Positions 39,284-39,420 of a DNA stretch of 39,420 bases are shown piece after piece. The notes under the pieces are model-generated. The model searched no databases and was not told where the DNA came from. It saw only the letters and a list, made by a program, of their open reading frames with translations. The stretch's first letter is position 1; each line of letters opens with the position of its first letter. The stretch lies in the IMG/VR virus record IMGVR_UViG_3300025594_000002; one strand, written 5' to 3'. This stretch comes from a virus. The position numbers and the translations under genes were made by a program.

Positions 39284-39420
39284 TCGCCTTGCTCCTTTAG
39301 TGGCTGTAACTTAAAGAAGGTAACTTTCCTACATTGCTCGCCAAGTTCATCTAATTCAGCCTTAGCTGTTACCAATTCTGCTTTAAGTTGCTCGATTTCT
39401 TTAATATCTGCTAGTGAGCG
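39280..39420 (-). CDS. 3' part of the junction-spanning NAPEGATHV-family gene (same gene as 1..288).
   Basis: The frame is open from the right edge. It ends ...FFKLQPLKEQGE with TGA at 39282..39280, overlapping the next ATG. Confidence 0.55.
   Translation of the reverse strand, partial: RSLADIKEIEQLKAELVTAKAELDELGEQCRKVTFFKLQPLKEQGE
39292..39420. repeat. Terminal direct repeat, copy B (identical to 1..129).
   Basis: Read directly. Confidence 0.9.

Overview
The window is an essentially complete tailed dsDNA phage genome of about 39.29 kb with a siphovirus-type morphogenesis module. Bases 1-129 recur exactly at 39292-39420, and one small gene reads through that junction, so the record is circularly closed or terminally redundant.

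Layout. Nearly all genes are on the minus strand. Reading in the direction of transcription:
- Divergent control region at about 8314-8440.
- Leftward early genes: RHH-like regulator, PAPS-reductase/IbrA-like protein, EctC-like cupin, ParB/IbrB-like protein, HTH replication initiator with internal iterons, DnaB helicase, and many small ORFs.
- Continuing through the junction, 39283 down to 35997: small early genes, a NinB-like protein, a RuvC-like resolvase and a truncated dUTPase.
- Three structural-like genes, then TerS, TerL, portal, MuF-like protein, scaffold, capsid, connectors, major tail protein, G/GT chaperones with an A_AAA_AAG slip site, tape measure, tail tip, collagen/LamG-type fibres, a secreted protein, and a lysis cassette ending at 12369.
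- One plus-strand operon (8441-11947) carries a recombination module (SSAP-like protein, coiled-coil protein, SSB) and ends in a Ser-X dipeptide / hexanucleotide repeat ORF.

I saw no integrase, CI-type repressor, tRNA, CRISPR array or reverse transcriptase.

Most notable:
1. A translationally coupled IbrA-like / EctC-like / IbrB-like / frameshifted-gene cassette, proposed here as a candidate undescribed nucleic-acid modification or anti-restriction system.
2. Eight copies of a conserved start-associated junction (AAGGAGCAAGGCGAATGA) linking shuffled paralogous small early genes. These include three Ala/Asp/Asn/Tyr low-complexity proteins of different lengths.
3. A 29-unit (TCT-NGG) repeat ORF.
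4. A 350-bp non-coding, helix-rich convergent region.
5. An opposite-strand three-gene moron island inside the head operon.
6. An 8 x 24-aa tandem-repeat protein encoded upstream of the terminase.
7. A dUTPase lacking its N-terminal third.

All functional calls rest on motif recognition by eye and need HMM or BLAST confirmation.
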